A stretch of DNA of 63,555 bases, the filler included, from Octopus bimaculoides (Eukaryota): the NCBI RefSeq assembly GCF_001194135.2. It is 9 parts of 9 records of this genome, joined end to end, with 100 filler letters (N's around TTAATTAATTAA, not from the genome) between each part and the next. Parts side by side here need not be neighbours in the genome. Positions count along the whole stretch, not along the records: positions 40,754 to 55,420 come from NC_069002.1; positions 55,521 to 56,936 come from NC_068997.1; positions 57,037 to 62,389 come from NC_069010.1; positions 62,490 to 63,555 come from NW_026378528.1; 5 more parts are not named here. The stretch is one strand, 5' to 3'. Numbering within the stretch: the first letter of the stretch is position 1; each line of letters opens with the position of its first letter. The position numbers and the translations under genes were made by a program. This document shows, piece after piece, positions 51,207 through 62,492 of this stretch. The notes below the pieces were generated by a model. It searched no databases. It worked only from the letters and a program-made list of their open reading frames with translations, and was not told the DNA's origin.

Positions 51207-51517
51207 NNNNNNNNNNNNNNNNNNNNNNNNNNNNNNNNNNNNNNNNNNNNNNNNNNNNNNNNNNNNNNNNNNNNNNNNNNNNNNNNNNNNNNNNNNNNNN
51301 NNNNNNNNNNNNNNNNNNNNNNNNNNNNNNNNNNNNNNNNNNNNNNNNNNNNNNNNNNNNNNNNNNNNNNNNNNNNNNNNNNNNNNNNNNNNNNNNNNNN
51401 NNNNNNNNNNNNNNNNNNNNNNNNNNNNNNNNNNNNNNNNNNNNNNNNNNNNNNNNNNNNNNNNNNNNNNNNNNNNNNNNNNNNNNNNNNNNNNNNNNNN
51501 NNNNNNNNNNNNNNNNN

Positions 51518-51568
<51 letters not shown>

Positions 51569-52682
51569 TGTATAGGTAATAGTTTTATACTCGGGTATAT
51601 ATCGCATATATCGCATTCTAGATGTGAAATACACCACAGCTGCTAAAGTTGATCGTTATGAAAATAAGAGAATCAGTGAATTGAAAACGATATACCTTTT
51701 GAGAAGTTTGTATTTATACACACTACTCCTTAGTGCTGTCATCGCATTTTAATAACAGTGGATCGCCGAGTAACGCTCCCAGTCATTGTACGGAGACGGG
51801 AATATTATAAAAGAAGTGTGGTCTCTCGTGGTATCTCCGGTATCTATTGCAGAAGAGGAGAAAACTACTCCGAAATGCATGCATCCCTCCGTCAGGGGAT
51901 GCATGCTAAGAAAGCGGAGATTACGAGGTTTTTCGCAAATATTTTCGTGCGATTGTTTATGTTGTAACGAAGTGGCTTGAAGTATATACGGGTGTTCGTT
52001 TGTGTCGTATTCATATCAAACGTAGAAGTAGGTGAGATGTTATAGGTTTTCTGTCAGGTTCAGGTTCTAAAATTCAACGTAACGTGGATTATTAAAAATA
52101 AAATTATATGCTAATCTTTCTGCTTGAAATTTTACATACATATCCGGAGTAAAATTATTGTCTTTTTCGTTAATGTGAAAGCGGTTTGTTTTTTCTTTAA
52201 CGTGAATACGACTTATTTTTCTTTAACGTAACATCGGATTTTTTCTTTACCGTGAAATCGTTTTTTTTACAGCGAGAAATGTTCTCCACAACAAAATATT
52301 GAATGCCCTTTTTACGGGCTTCAAATATACCTCAAGTATATTTGAAGTGGTAAGAATTTTGTGTGTATACACACACATACGTACACACATATACTCACAC
52401 GCACAAACAAACACAAACACACATATGTGCGTGTGTATACACATATGTACATATACATATATGTTGCTTATTTGGTGGCCTGAGGAGTTGGGAGATATGT
52501 AACATATTACGTAATCTAATCAACTATATTATTCATATCCCACAATAAAGACTCCTAATGAAGCAAACGGAGATAACTCATTCGTCTGTTTATATACATA
52601 CATCCATGCACACACCCACATATACTTACATGTATACACACACACACATATATATATATGTGTATATATGTACACATACAGT

Positions 52683-52726
<44 letters not shown>

Positions 52727-53499
52727 NNNNNNNNNNNNNNNNNNNNNNNNNNNNNNNNNNNNNNNNNNNNNNNNNNNNNNNNNNNNNNNNNNNNNNNNNN
52801 NNNNNNNNNNNNNNNNNNNNNNNNNNNNNNNNNNNNNNNNNNNNNNNNNNNNNNNNNNNNNNNNNNNNNNNNNNNNNNNNNNNNNNNNNNNNNNNNNNNN
52901 NNNNNNNNNNNNNNNNNNNNNNNNNNNNNNNNNNNNNNNNNNNNNNNNNNNNNNNNNNNNNNNNNNNNNNNNNNNNNNNNNNNNNNNNNNNNNNNNNNNN
53001 NNNNNNNNNNNNNNNNNNNNNNNNNNNNNNNNNNNNNNNNNNNNNNNNNNNNNNNNNNNNNNNNNNNNNNNNNNNNNNNNNNNNNNNNNNNNNNNNTATA
53101 TATATATATATATATATATATCTTTGTGTGTGTATAAAGACTTACCTACACACGTATATGTGTGTGTGTGTCAACACACGGGTACATAAATAAATATATT
53201 TTTGTATATATGAACACACACAGACACAGACACACTCTCACAGGCGCGCGCGTGTGCAATCACATACACACATATACACTCACACACATGCACATACACA
53301 TACACACACACAGGCACACACAGCGGTGTTATCTAAAAGTCCATCTACAGGCCTCAGTCGTGTCCGAAATCTCTGTGAAACCGACCATCACATCTGGACA
53401 ACTAGTTTAAATGATTATACTTCACTCCATCATTTTCCTTTGATCAGCTATTTTCTCTGCCGCTTTACTTCCGGTTTCGCTGCCATCTTTTTCCACACT

Positions 53500-55376
53500 T
53501 ATGTGCGCATGTGTGTAAGTGTACGTGCGTGCCTGAGTGTGAGTGTATATTGTGTGTGGGTGTTAGTATATGTGTGTGTGTTAGTATATGCGCGTGTTAG
53601 TATATGTTTGTTGGCGTATCTGTGTGTGTTAGTATATGTTTATTGGTGTATCTGTGTGTGAATTTGTGTGCGTGTCTATGTGTCTGTGTGTGAATTTGTG
53701 TGCGTGTCTATGTGTCTGTGTGCGTTTGTGCGCTAGTATTTATGTATGTCTGTGTGTGAGTGTGTGCCTGTGTTGTATGTGTGTGTTCGTGTCTGAGTGT
53801 ATGTGTGTATGCGATAGCCTATATATGTTAGTGTCTGACAGTATGTGTATGTGTGTATGTCTTAGTGCGTTAATACGAGTGTGTAAGACTGTGCGTGTTA
53901 GTGTGTGTGTGCATGTGTTTGTTTGTGTGTTAATGTGTTTGCGTTCGTGTCTGTGTGTGTTAAGGTGTGTGTTTGTGTTAATGTGTGTGGTAGTGAGTGT
54001 GTGTGATAAATTATATTAATGGGTACATTAATTATATCAGTGAGTGTGAGTGTATGTGTCTCTCATTTTGTGGGAGTGTGTGTATCTTAGTGTGTGCGTG
54101 TGTGTCTGTATTAGCGTATGCATTAATATGCATTTATATGTTATTGTATGTGTGTATGAATCTATTTTTTTTTAGTCTGTGGATGTATGTGTTACTGTTT
54201 GTGTTTGTAGTCTTTAGTAACCAGTGTGTTCATGTGTGTATATGTATGTCTCTTAATGTGTGTAGGTGTGCGTGCACGGGTGTATTAGCTGCATGTGCGT
54301 GGTGNNNNNNNNNNNNNNNNNNNNNNNNNNNNNNNNNNNNNNNNNNNNNNNNNNNNNNNNNNNNNNNNNNNNNNNNNNNNNNNNNNNNNNNNNNNNNNNN
54401 NNNNNNNNNNNNNNNNNNNNNNNNNNNNNNNNNNNNNNNNNNNNNNNNNNNNNNNNNNNNNNNNNNNNNNNNNNNNNNNNNNNNNNNNNNNNNNNNNNNN
54501 NNNNNNNNNNNNNNNNNNNNNNNNNNNNNNNNNNNNNNNNNNNNNNNNNNNNNNNNNNNNNNNNNNNNNNNNNNNNNNNNNNNNNNNNNNNNNNNNNNNN
54601 NNNNNNNNNNNNNNNNNNNNNNNNNNNNNNNNNNNNNNNNNNNNNNNNNNNNNNNNNNNNNNNNNNNNNNNNNNNNNNNNNNNNNNNNNNNNNNNNNNNN
54701 NNNNNNNNNNNNNNNNNNNNNNNNNNNNNNNNNNNNNNNNNNNNNNNNNNNNNNNNNNNNNNNNNNNNNNNNNNNNNNNNNNNNNNNNNNNNNNNNNNNN
54801 NNNNNNNNNNNNNNNNNNNNNNNNNNNNNNNNNNNNNNNNNNNNNNNNNNNNNNNNNNNNNNNNNTATATATACGACGGGCTTCTCTCAGTTTCCGTCTA
54901 CTAAATCCACTCACAAGGCTTTGGTCGGAACGAGGCTATAGCAGAAGGCGGGATATTAATAATATACCTGTGTGTGTGTGTGCGTATGTGTGTGTTAATG
55001 AAGTGTGTGTGTGTGTATTAATGACTGTATTAATAGTATGTGATATACACTAGTATATGTGTGCATAGATGTGCATGTGCTTGTATGTGTGTCAGTGCGT
55101 TAGTATTATAATCGTGTGTGTATGTGCATATGTATGTGTGTGTGTGTTTGTGTGTGTATGTCTATGCGTGTGTATGTGTATTTACGTGTGTATGCGTGTG
55201 AATGCGTTTATGCGTGTATATATGTACATGTGTGTGCGTGCATGTGTATTTGTGTATACGTATGTGCATGTGCATATATATGTATGTGCATGTGCGCGTA
55301 TATATGTATACGTATGTGTATATGTGTGAGCGTGCGTGTATTTGTATTCGCATGCATATGTGCCAACGCGTATGTA

Positions 55377-55420
<44 letters not shown>

Positions 55421-55782
55421 NNNNNNNNNNNNNNNNNNNNNNNNNNNNNNNNNNNNNNNNNNNNTTAATTAATTAANNNNNNNNNNNNNNNNNNNNNNNN
55501 NNNNNNNNNNNNNNNNNNNNATATACATACACATACACATACACACGCATATATATGTATACATACATATATGTATAGATATATATGCATATATATGTAT
55601 GTGTATATATATACATATATATATATATAAACACACACACACATACCCACTCATAGACATTGATTTATATCTGTGCATGTAAATATACGAGTGTAGACAC
55701 ATGCATACAAACGGAAACACGTGCGCGTGTACACATACATACACATATATACAATCATACATACACAAACATGACCATACGG

Positions 55783-55865
<83 letters not shown>

Positions 55866-55870
55866 TGTAA
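53500..55870. repeat. About 2.4 kb of degenerate (TG/CA/TA)n alternating purine-pyrimidine arrays, with gaps and a SINE A fragment at 54866-54940
   Basis: Direct inspection. Confidence 0.9.
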
Positions 55871-56427
55871 ACACTTAGCAAAAAAACATTTTATTTACTG
55901 TCAGTTTCGAACGACTGTCGTATGCAGCTAAAAGAAGCTTACGAAAACATACAGTAAAAAAAGATATTTAAAACGTGTAGACAAGATTTCATTGGATCAC
56001 ATTGAAATAACAAAGTCTGATTGGCTGGTGATATAATTGGTGAATACAATATTGCTGTAGTTATTCAGGGTTATTCAGATAAGAAGGATTAGCTTGAGAA
56101 AGAATGGAGGGATTAATAAAAGAAAAATAAGGAAGAAGGAAACAAGCCGTGTAAGTGTTTAAACAGTATGTTGAAGAAAAATTGAGATAAGAAACGTGAA
56201 ATATTGACATATATTTAGGGATAAGGAAGATAAAAAAGGAAGGAGAAGACATAGCTGTGTAGTTAAAAAACAGGCTTAGCACCACTGTGGTTTCGGGTTC
56301 ACTTCCATTGTTTGGGACCTTGGATATGTACGTTCTATAGCCCCAGGCCGATCAAGGCCTAAAACATACATTCAAAGAGGCCCGGTAAACAGTTATGCCC
56401 GAAGGCATTTGATACTCTCAGTCCACC

Positions 56428-56483
<56 letters not shown>

Positions 56484-57142
56484 TATGTACGTGTATGTAT
56501 ATATGTATGTATATATATGCACATATATAATGTATGTACGTGTATGTGTATATAAGTGTGTGTGTGTGTATAAGAGTGAGAGCGCGAGTGTGTGTTTGTG
56601 TACGTGTCTGTATACCAAAGAGCGTTTATCCCCAGCATTCATCATTCATCGTGAAGAGATACGAATAGAATACGCACAAGACTTAAAACGTAAGTCTTGA
56701 GCTAAGATTCGTTCGGCTAAAACCTTCAAATTTGTACCCCAATATGGCTGTTGTCCAGTTAGTGAAATAAGTAACGTTAAAAGAGCATTTAACCTACAAT
56801 TAAATGTGGATTCAAAGTAGAAAAAAAGCTAAAATTTAGCGGTTATGCAGATATGAAAATTGTTTGAAGTCTTAAAGAGTCAGAAGGGAAATATAAACGA
56901 CGTGGATATGAAACATTCTTTAACACTGGAATGGAANNNNNNNNNNNNNNNNNNNNNNNNNNNNNNNNNNNNNNNNNNNNTTAATTAATTAANNNNNNNN
57001 NNNNNNNNNNNNNNNNNNNNNNNNNNNNNNNNNNNNCTAACGAATCACGGCAGCGACCTGATTAATAATAGTATTAATAATAATAATAATAATAATAGTA
57101 ACATCGTTAGGAATGAGAACCCAGGTTCGAAATTTCCCCCAA

Positions 57143-57188
57143 GACACCTGAAGAAGGCTGGAGGGTATATCAGCCGAGACATTGTGTT
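57143..57188 (+). ncRNA. Minimal PLE-type HHR-like motif with two substitutions
   Basis: GACAC CTGAAGA A GGCTG-GAGGGTATAT-CAGCC GAGAC ATT GTGTT (GAAA to GAGA; CGT to CAT). Confidence 0.65.
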
Positions 57189-57451
57189 GACAACATACAA
57201 GATGAGGACAAATATCCGTCAAATGTAAATAATGTAAATAATGTAGATAGAAACTAGCAAGCACTGTTACATAATCTAATCTTTTAATCAAGAGATAAGA
57301 AGTAATTCTCTCACAATAGATAATCCCAGATTATCTACTTCATAGATAACAACAACCATATATATATATATATATATACATATTTGAACCAAAAGCATAT
57401 ATATATATATATATATATTTATGAACACACACATACACACATATAGATATA

Positions 57452-57803
57452 CTCTTTACTCTTTTTCTTTGTTTCAGTCATTTGACTGCGGCCATGCTGG
57501 GGCACCGCCTTTAGTCGAGCAAATCGACCCCCAGGACTTATTCTTTGTAAGCCTAGTACTTATTCTATCAGTCTCTTTTGCCGAACCGCTAAGTTACGGG
57601 GGACATAAACACACCAGCATCGTTTGTCAAGCGATGTTGGGAGGGACAAACACAGACACACAAACATATACACATATACGACAGGCTTCTTTCAGTTTCC
57701 GTCTACCAAATCCACTCACAAGGCTTTGGTCGGCCTGAGGCTATAGTAGAAGACACTTGCCCAAGATGCCACGCAGTGGGACTGAACCCGGAACCATGTG
57801 GTT
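57452..57803 (-). mobile_element. SINE family A, nearly full length
   Basis: Same blocks as 22301; B box GGTTCAGTCCC on the minus strand. Confidence 0.9.
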
Positions 57804-58189
57804 CCATATGTATATATATAAATATATAAACATATATATATTAATACGTATATGCATATATAAGTATAATCATATATTGTGTTACACGGTGTTATTTATC
57901 TCAAATATTTCAAATAAAAGACGCTTACAACCATTGTTTATTACTCTAAAGCATTTTAAGAATTCTAAATTCTAACAAAATTTCCCATAAATTTCATAGT
58001 AACAGAGAACTTCATTCAGTATGCATTTGTTTTATTTTTATGTGCTTTTAAACAAACTCTGGACATATTTAAGTTACAAATTTCTACAAAACATATTTCT
58101 TAAATTTCACAAAATGTTTCTTCTGCAATATTTTGCCATGTTTTTTCTAAAAAAAAAATATAGTTTTCAATAAAAGTGGTCACTTTTAC

Positions 58190-58251
58190 GGTTGGACGAT
58201 TTGACTGAGGACTGGTGAAACCAGATAGCTACACCAGGCTCCAATCTGATT
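58190..58251 (-). mobile_element. Fragment of the SINE seen at 62247
   Basis: GTTGGACGATTTGACTGAGGACTGGTGAAACC is near-identical to 62287-62345. Confidence 0.8.
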
Positions 58252-58309
58252 CCCATCATTTTGAATTGATAAATTATGTCATAGCTCTCAGATTTCAATG
58301 ATGTAATTG

Positions 58310-58315
58310 TTTATT
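58310..58315 (-). promoter_or_regulatory. Candidate polyadenylation signal of the zinc-finger gene
   Basis: AATAAA on the minus strand about 250 nt downstream of the stop codon. Confidence 0.35.
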
Positions 58316-58429
58316 TTTCAGATTGACATTGTAGAATGCATACAAGAGGCCAGACCTGGCCTGTTTGGATATAAAACACGGAAAATATTTGGGCTGGATT
58401 AAATGCTAAAGGGTCAAGGGACATTTCTA

Positions 58430-58563
58430 AGGGGTCACTCTTATGGAAAGATTTTCCACGTTTCACAAGGAAACAGTTTTTCTCCAGCCTGTAGTCTTTT
58501 CCTCACGACTGTATTAAATATTTTCCCTAAAGGTTTACCACAAATCCCACAGTGGAAATTATT
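58430..58563 (-). pseudogene. Decayed zinc-finger remnants downstream of the stop
   Basis: In-frame read-through gives NNFHCGICGKPL...AGEKLFPCETW. Confidence 0.75.
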
Positions 58564-59604
58564 TTATCCAGTATGCATCTTTCTATGTGCTTTTAAATGA
58601 TTCTGGACATCAAAAGCCTTTCCACACACTCGACAGTGATAAAGTTTGTCCTTGCTGTTATGTCTTTCCGAATGACTTTTTAAGCTACATTTCTCGGTGA
58701 AAGATCTTCCGCATATTTCACAGCGGAAAGGTTTCTCCCCGGTATGTGTCCTTATGTGCCGTTCTAAGTGACTACTTCGGAAAAAACATTTGTTACATAT
58801 TTCACAGTTGAACGGTTTCTCTCCGGTATGCGTTGTACGATGCCTTTTCAAATGGCTATTTCGCAGAAAACTTTTCCCGCACACCTCGCAATGATACGGC
58901 CTTTCTCCCGTGTGTGTAGTTACGTGACTTTTCAAATGGTATTTCCGAAGAAACGATTTTCCGCAAATTTCACAGTAATATTGCTTTTCCCCGTCGTGGA
59001 TCTTCTCATGTATCTTCAAACTTCTAATTTCACTAAACGACTTACCGCACACCTCACAATGAAAGTATTTTTCCCCCGTATGTACTGTTCCATGCGATAT
59101 TAAACTGGTATACAGCTTAAAAGACTTCCCGCATATCTCACAATCAAATGGCTTCTCTCCGCAGTGTAAAGCTTCGTGTGTTTTCAAAGACCAACTTTCA
59201 GAGAAGGTCTTCCCACAAATTTTACAATCAAAACATCCATCACTATTTACAAGCTTCCCATCCATATTTAAGTTACCAATTTCAACGAATGATGGTCCAT
59301 AAGCTTCAACGAAAGCTTCTTCTCCATTATGTATCTTCTCATGTTTTTTTAAATTGCAATTTTCAATAAAAGACTTGCTGCATTTTGTACAGCAATATGG
59401 TCTCTCTCCTGTATGTATTTTTATGTGCCTTTCTAAGTGATCACTCCTGCAGAAACACTTCCCACATATTTCACAGTGATAAGGTTTTTCTCCAGTATGT
59501 ATCTTTAGATGTGTTTTTAAATTTCTCTTTTCACTAAAAGATTTTCCACAAGTTTCACAAGAAAAGAGTTTCTCTCGAGGCTGTACTCTTTTCTCCATGT
59601 TCAT
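58564..59604 (-). CDS. Tandem C2H2 (Kruppel-type) zinc-finger protein, 346 aa, 11 intact fingers plus 1 degenerate
   Basis: Uninterrupted ORF with repeated C-x2-C-x12-H-x3-H units and TGEKP-type linkers. The start codon and any upstream exons are unverified. Confidence 0.9.
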   Translation of the reverse strand: MNMEKRVQPREKLFSCETCGKSFSEKRNLKTHLKIHTGEKPYHCEICGKCFCRSDHLERHIKIHTGERPYCCTKCSKSFIENCNLKKHEKIHNGEEAFVEAYGPSFVEIGNLNMDGKLVNSDGCFDCKICGKTFSESWSLKTHEALHCGEKPFDCEICGKSFKLYTSLISHGTVHTGEKYFHCEVCGKSFSEIRSLKIHEKIHDGEKQYYCEICGKSFLRKYHLKSHVTTHTGERPYHCEVCGKSFLRNSHLKRHRTTHTGEKPFNCEICNKCFFRSSHLERHIRTHTGEKPFRCEICGRSFTEKCSLKSHSERHNSKDKLYHCRVCGKAFDVQNHLKAHRKMHTG

Positions 59605-59609
59605 ATCAA

Positions 59610-59915
59610 ATATTTTTCACAAAAAATTTCCAGTAAATTTCAAAATCAAAGACTTTTTTTCCCTTTATGTGTCAGATTTAAAACTTTCTGAACTTCATAT
59701 ATTATGTATATATATCTGATTTTTGTAATGAATAATTACTCATTTATTTCCAAGCGCCTTATCATTTCTTATCACATATTTCAATGATAAGGTTTTTTTC
59801 TCCAGTATGAATGTTTAGATGAGACTTTATATGTTTCTTTTCACTAAAAGATTTTTCACAAGTTCCACAAGGAAGCAGTTTTTCTCAAGACTGTACTCTT
59901 TTCTCTATGTTCATA
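59610..59915 (-). pseudogene. Decayed zinc-finger array upstream, including a duplicate of the ORF's first module
   Basis: About 59773-59915 resembles about 59466-59606 (MNIEKRVQS*EKLLPCGTCEKSFSEKKHIKSHLNIHTGEK), with stops and frameshifts. Confidence 0.8.
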
Positions 59916-60355
59916 TATACTGTATATTAAACATACCTATATCAAGCTTTCTCCAACATACAAATTACATATATAAGCTAAATATATTTCATACACACAT
60001 GCAACATGTAATATATAGTTTATATATTTTCTCATCCCAAAATCATATGTTAATAATGTTCACACACACAAATAACATTTACATATGTTATTTGTATATA
60101 ATATATATCATATATACATTATATTATACAATTATAATATATAATGTATATTATACAATTATACATATATAGCCTGTCTCTTACACATGACTTATATATA
60201 TACAAACTAAATATAATTTAGTATATATATATGATGTAATCTATAATTTTTATTTAGTCTGTAATCGAATCATACTATTTCAACGATGTTGATACATATG
60301 AATAAACATACATACATTACACGTGCTTGTATACAGCTTGGAACTCTCTACACAC

Positions 60356-60400
<45 letters not shown>

Positions 60401-60740
60401 GCACAAACTCACGTTATGTATAATTTATATACAGTTTTTCACAGTCATTACATTTTAATGACGATCACACATAGAAATAATATGTATAGGATCAAGTGGT
60501 GGAGACCGCTTCGGCCTAGCTATTCAAATATGGGTAAAGTGGATCGAATCCACTTCACGCCTGCCAGGTTCCTATATATATATATACATCAAACATATAT
60601 ATATATATATTTATATATATCCAGCTTGTGTAGAAAGATCGCCACTTGATGTATTTCGTTGTCTCTGTTTATAATCAAACCAAATTCACGATTCGCATTC
60701 GTGATGTCCAATAAACAGCAAAGAATATAACATTTATAAA

Positions 60741-60796
60741 AACCTGATGAGAATCGTTACAAAATATGCCTTAAATATCCGATCGAAACATGAGTT
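60741..60796 (+). ncRNA. HHR-like motif with intact core boxes
   Basis: CTGATGA (60744) GAATCG...CGATC GAAAC (60785); stems I and III are imperfect. Confidence 0.45.
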
Positions 60797-61284
60797 GTGG
60801 TTATCGATGAGGAAGAATATTGAACAATAGCAGCTGATTGGAGCAAGGGAGATCACTGTGGTATGCCTGTGTGGGTAAAGTAATTGTTTTGATGAAAACA
60901 CAGCAAAAATAGTCGTCGTTGCTGTTTGATTTATATCAAAACCGTGAAAGATGTTGATCATGTATATTAACTTGTATATATATAAATAAATATGTATATA
61001 TTTATGAAGATATACAGGTTATAGTCTTATATTCGGGTATACACGCTGTAGTATGATGTTTAAAACACGTCTACAGAATTATGTAGATATATGTGCTTGT
61101 TTAAGTTTTATATCTATGTAAGTGTCAAAGTGTTCTCTTGGAGTATCCCCTATCGTTTAGATCTCCTTAGAATTCCTTATTATACAAATATACGCATATA
61201 AATGTTCCGTAGAAGGATTTTACTGAAATATACCAAAGTAATAAAGTGAAGACACTTCCATGGTGGACAACTTATAATTGCTGG

Positions 61285-61314
61285 ATTTCCGTTTCCGGTT
61301 ACGCTGCCAACATG
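61285..61314 (-). promoter_or_regulatory. Candidate promoter element upstream of the zinc-finger gene (tandem ETS-like sites)
   Basis: The minus strand reads CATGTTGGCAGCGTAACCGGAAACGGAAAT; TTCCGGTTWCGCTGCCA is shared with 53469-53485. Confidence 0.3.
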
Positions 61315-61711
61315 ATGCTAGCCATTAAAATTATCGACGCTAAATTAAAGAATCCTGGAGAATTATTAACCGCTTTGGACTATATGCTTAGCGGCATTTC
61401 TTCCGGCTCCTAACCTTCTCAGTTCAATTGCATTTCCAATCCTTTATGGTAGTGAAGTCGCTCATGGACGACTAACCATTTTTCAAACTTGGCGCCATTT
61501 CAACTTTCATGGAGTTTCATCTTTTCCACCTCACAGAAATTAATGGATGTTGAATACAATCTGCTATATTATAACTAATAAAATATTTCGCGTAATATAA
61601 CAGAAATTATGGGGCTTTTATTTATGTGAGGGTTCGATAAAGTACACTTTCTACAATAGGCAGAAGGCCTGAAATTCTAGGGAAGGTGCTAGTCCACTGG
61701 TTCCCAACATT

Positions 61712-61850
61712 TTCACTACGAACGATCCCTGGAGTGCCGCCTTTGGTCGAACGAATCGACCCCAGGACATATTCTTTGTAAACCTAGTACTGATTCTATC
61801 GGTTTCTTATTCTATAGCTTCGGTTGTCAATCGATGGTGGGACACACACA
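61712..61850 (-). mobile_element. SINE family A, deleted fragment
   Basis: GCCGCCTTTGGTCGAAC..ATCGACCCCAGGAC.TATTCTTTGTAA. Confidence 0.7.
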
Positions 61851-61966
61851 CACACATATATATATTTAATAATAAGGGTAGAAATTGATATTAATCAATT
61901 AAAACCAGTGGTCTAGCATATTTTAAAAAATCCGAAGATTAAAATTATATTACATAACACAAATAA

Positions 61967-62222
61967 GAGGAATGACCAGCAAAAGTGGATTCCTATTTGC
62001 TAGAAATAGATGCCAAATCGCCTAACCACGAAGAGTATGTTCTCAAGAAAAAAATTTCAGCAAGACACCAGACTTTAGAAGGGCAAGACAAATGAAAATA
62101 TACGAAATAAAAAAACGTTTTTTATTGCTGAAATTTTTTTTCGTGAGAACATATTCTTCGTGGTTAGGTGATTTGGCATCTATTTCTAGCAAACAGGAGT
62201 CTACTTTTGCTGGTCATTCCTC
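61967..62222. mobile_element. 256-bp MITE with about 97-bp TIRs, GAG...CTC termini and ATAA/TTAA flanks (Sola-like)
   Basis: GAGGAATGACCAGCAAAAGT... versus ...ACTTTTGCTGGTCATTCCTC, with a few mismatches. Confidence 0.75.
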
Positions 62223-62246
62223 TTAATTTTGTATATATATATATAT

Positions 62247-62389
62247 CATCATCATCGTTTAACGTCCGCTTTCCATGCTAGCATGGGTTGGACGATTTGA
62301 CTGAGGACTGGTGAAACCGGATGGCTACACCAGGCTCCAATCTGATTTGGCAGAGTTTCTACAGCAGGATGCCCTTCCTAACGCCAACC
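62247..62389 (-). mobile_element. SINE/RTE-tailed repeat 3' part with (GAT)n tail
   Basis: GGTTGGCGTTAGGAAGGGCATCC...CATGGAAAGCGGACGTTAAACGATGATGATG on the minus strand. Confidence 0.8.
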
Positions 62390-62492
62390 NNNNNNNNNNN
62401 NNNNNNNNNNNNNNNNNNNNNNNNNNNNNNNNNTTAATTAATTAANNNNNNNNNNNNNNNNNNNNNNNNNNNNNNNNNNNNNNNNNNNNATA

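Noticed and set aside
52160-52270. Imperfect repeats of about 21 bp (TTTTCTTTAACGTGAA) as a CRISPR-like array
   Set aside because: No unique spacers, degenerate and in a eukaryotic context; an ordinary minisatellite or TE subterminal repeat.
1962-55053. Long ORFs in the track made of X runs or CV/YI/HT/LSIY repeats
   Set aside because: Produced by N gaps and microsatellites; not coding evidence.
60491-60650. 11-bp inverted repeat ATCAAGTGG...CCACTTGAT
   Set aside because: Too short, with no TSD; could be chance.
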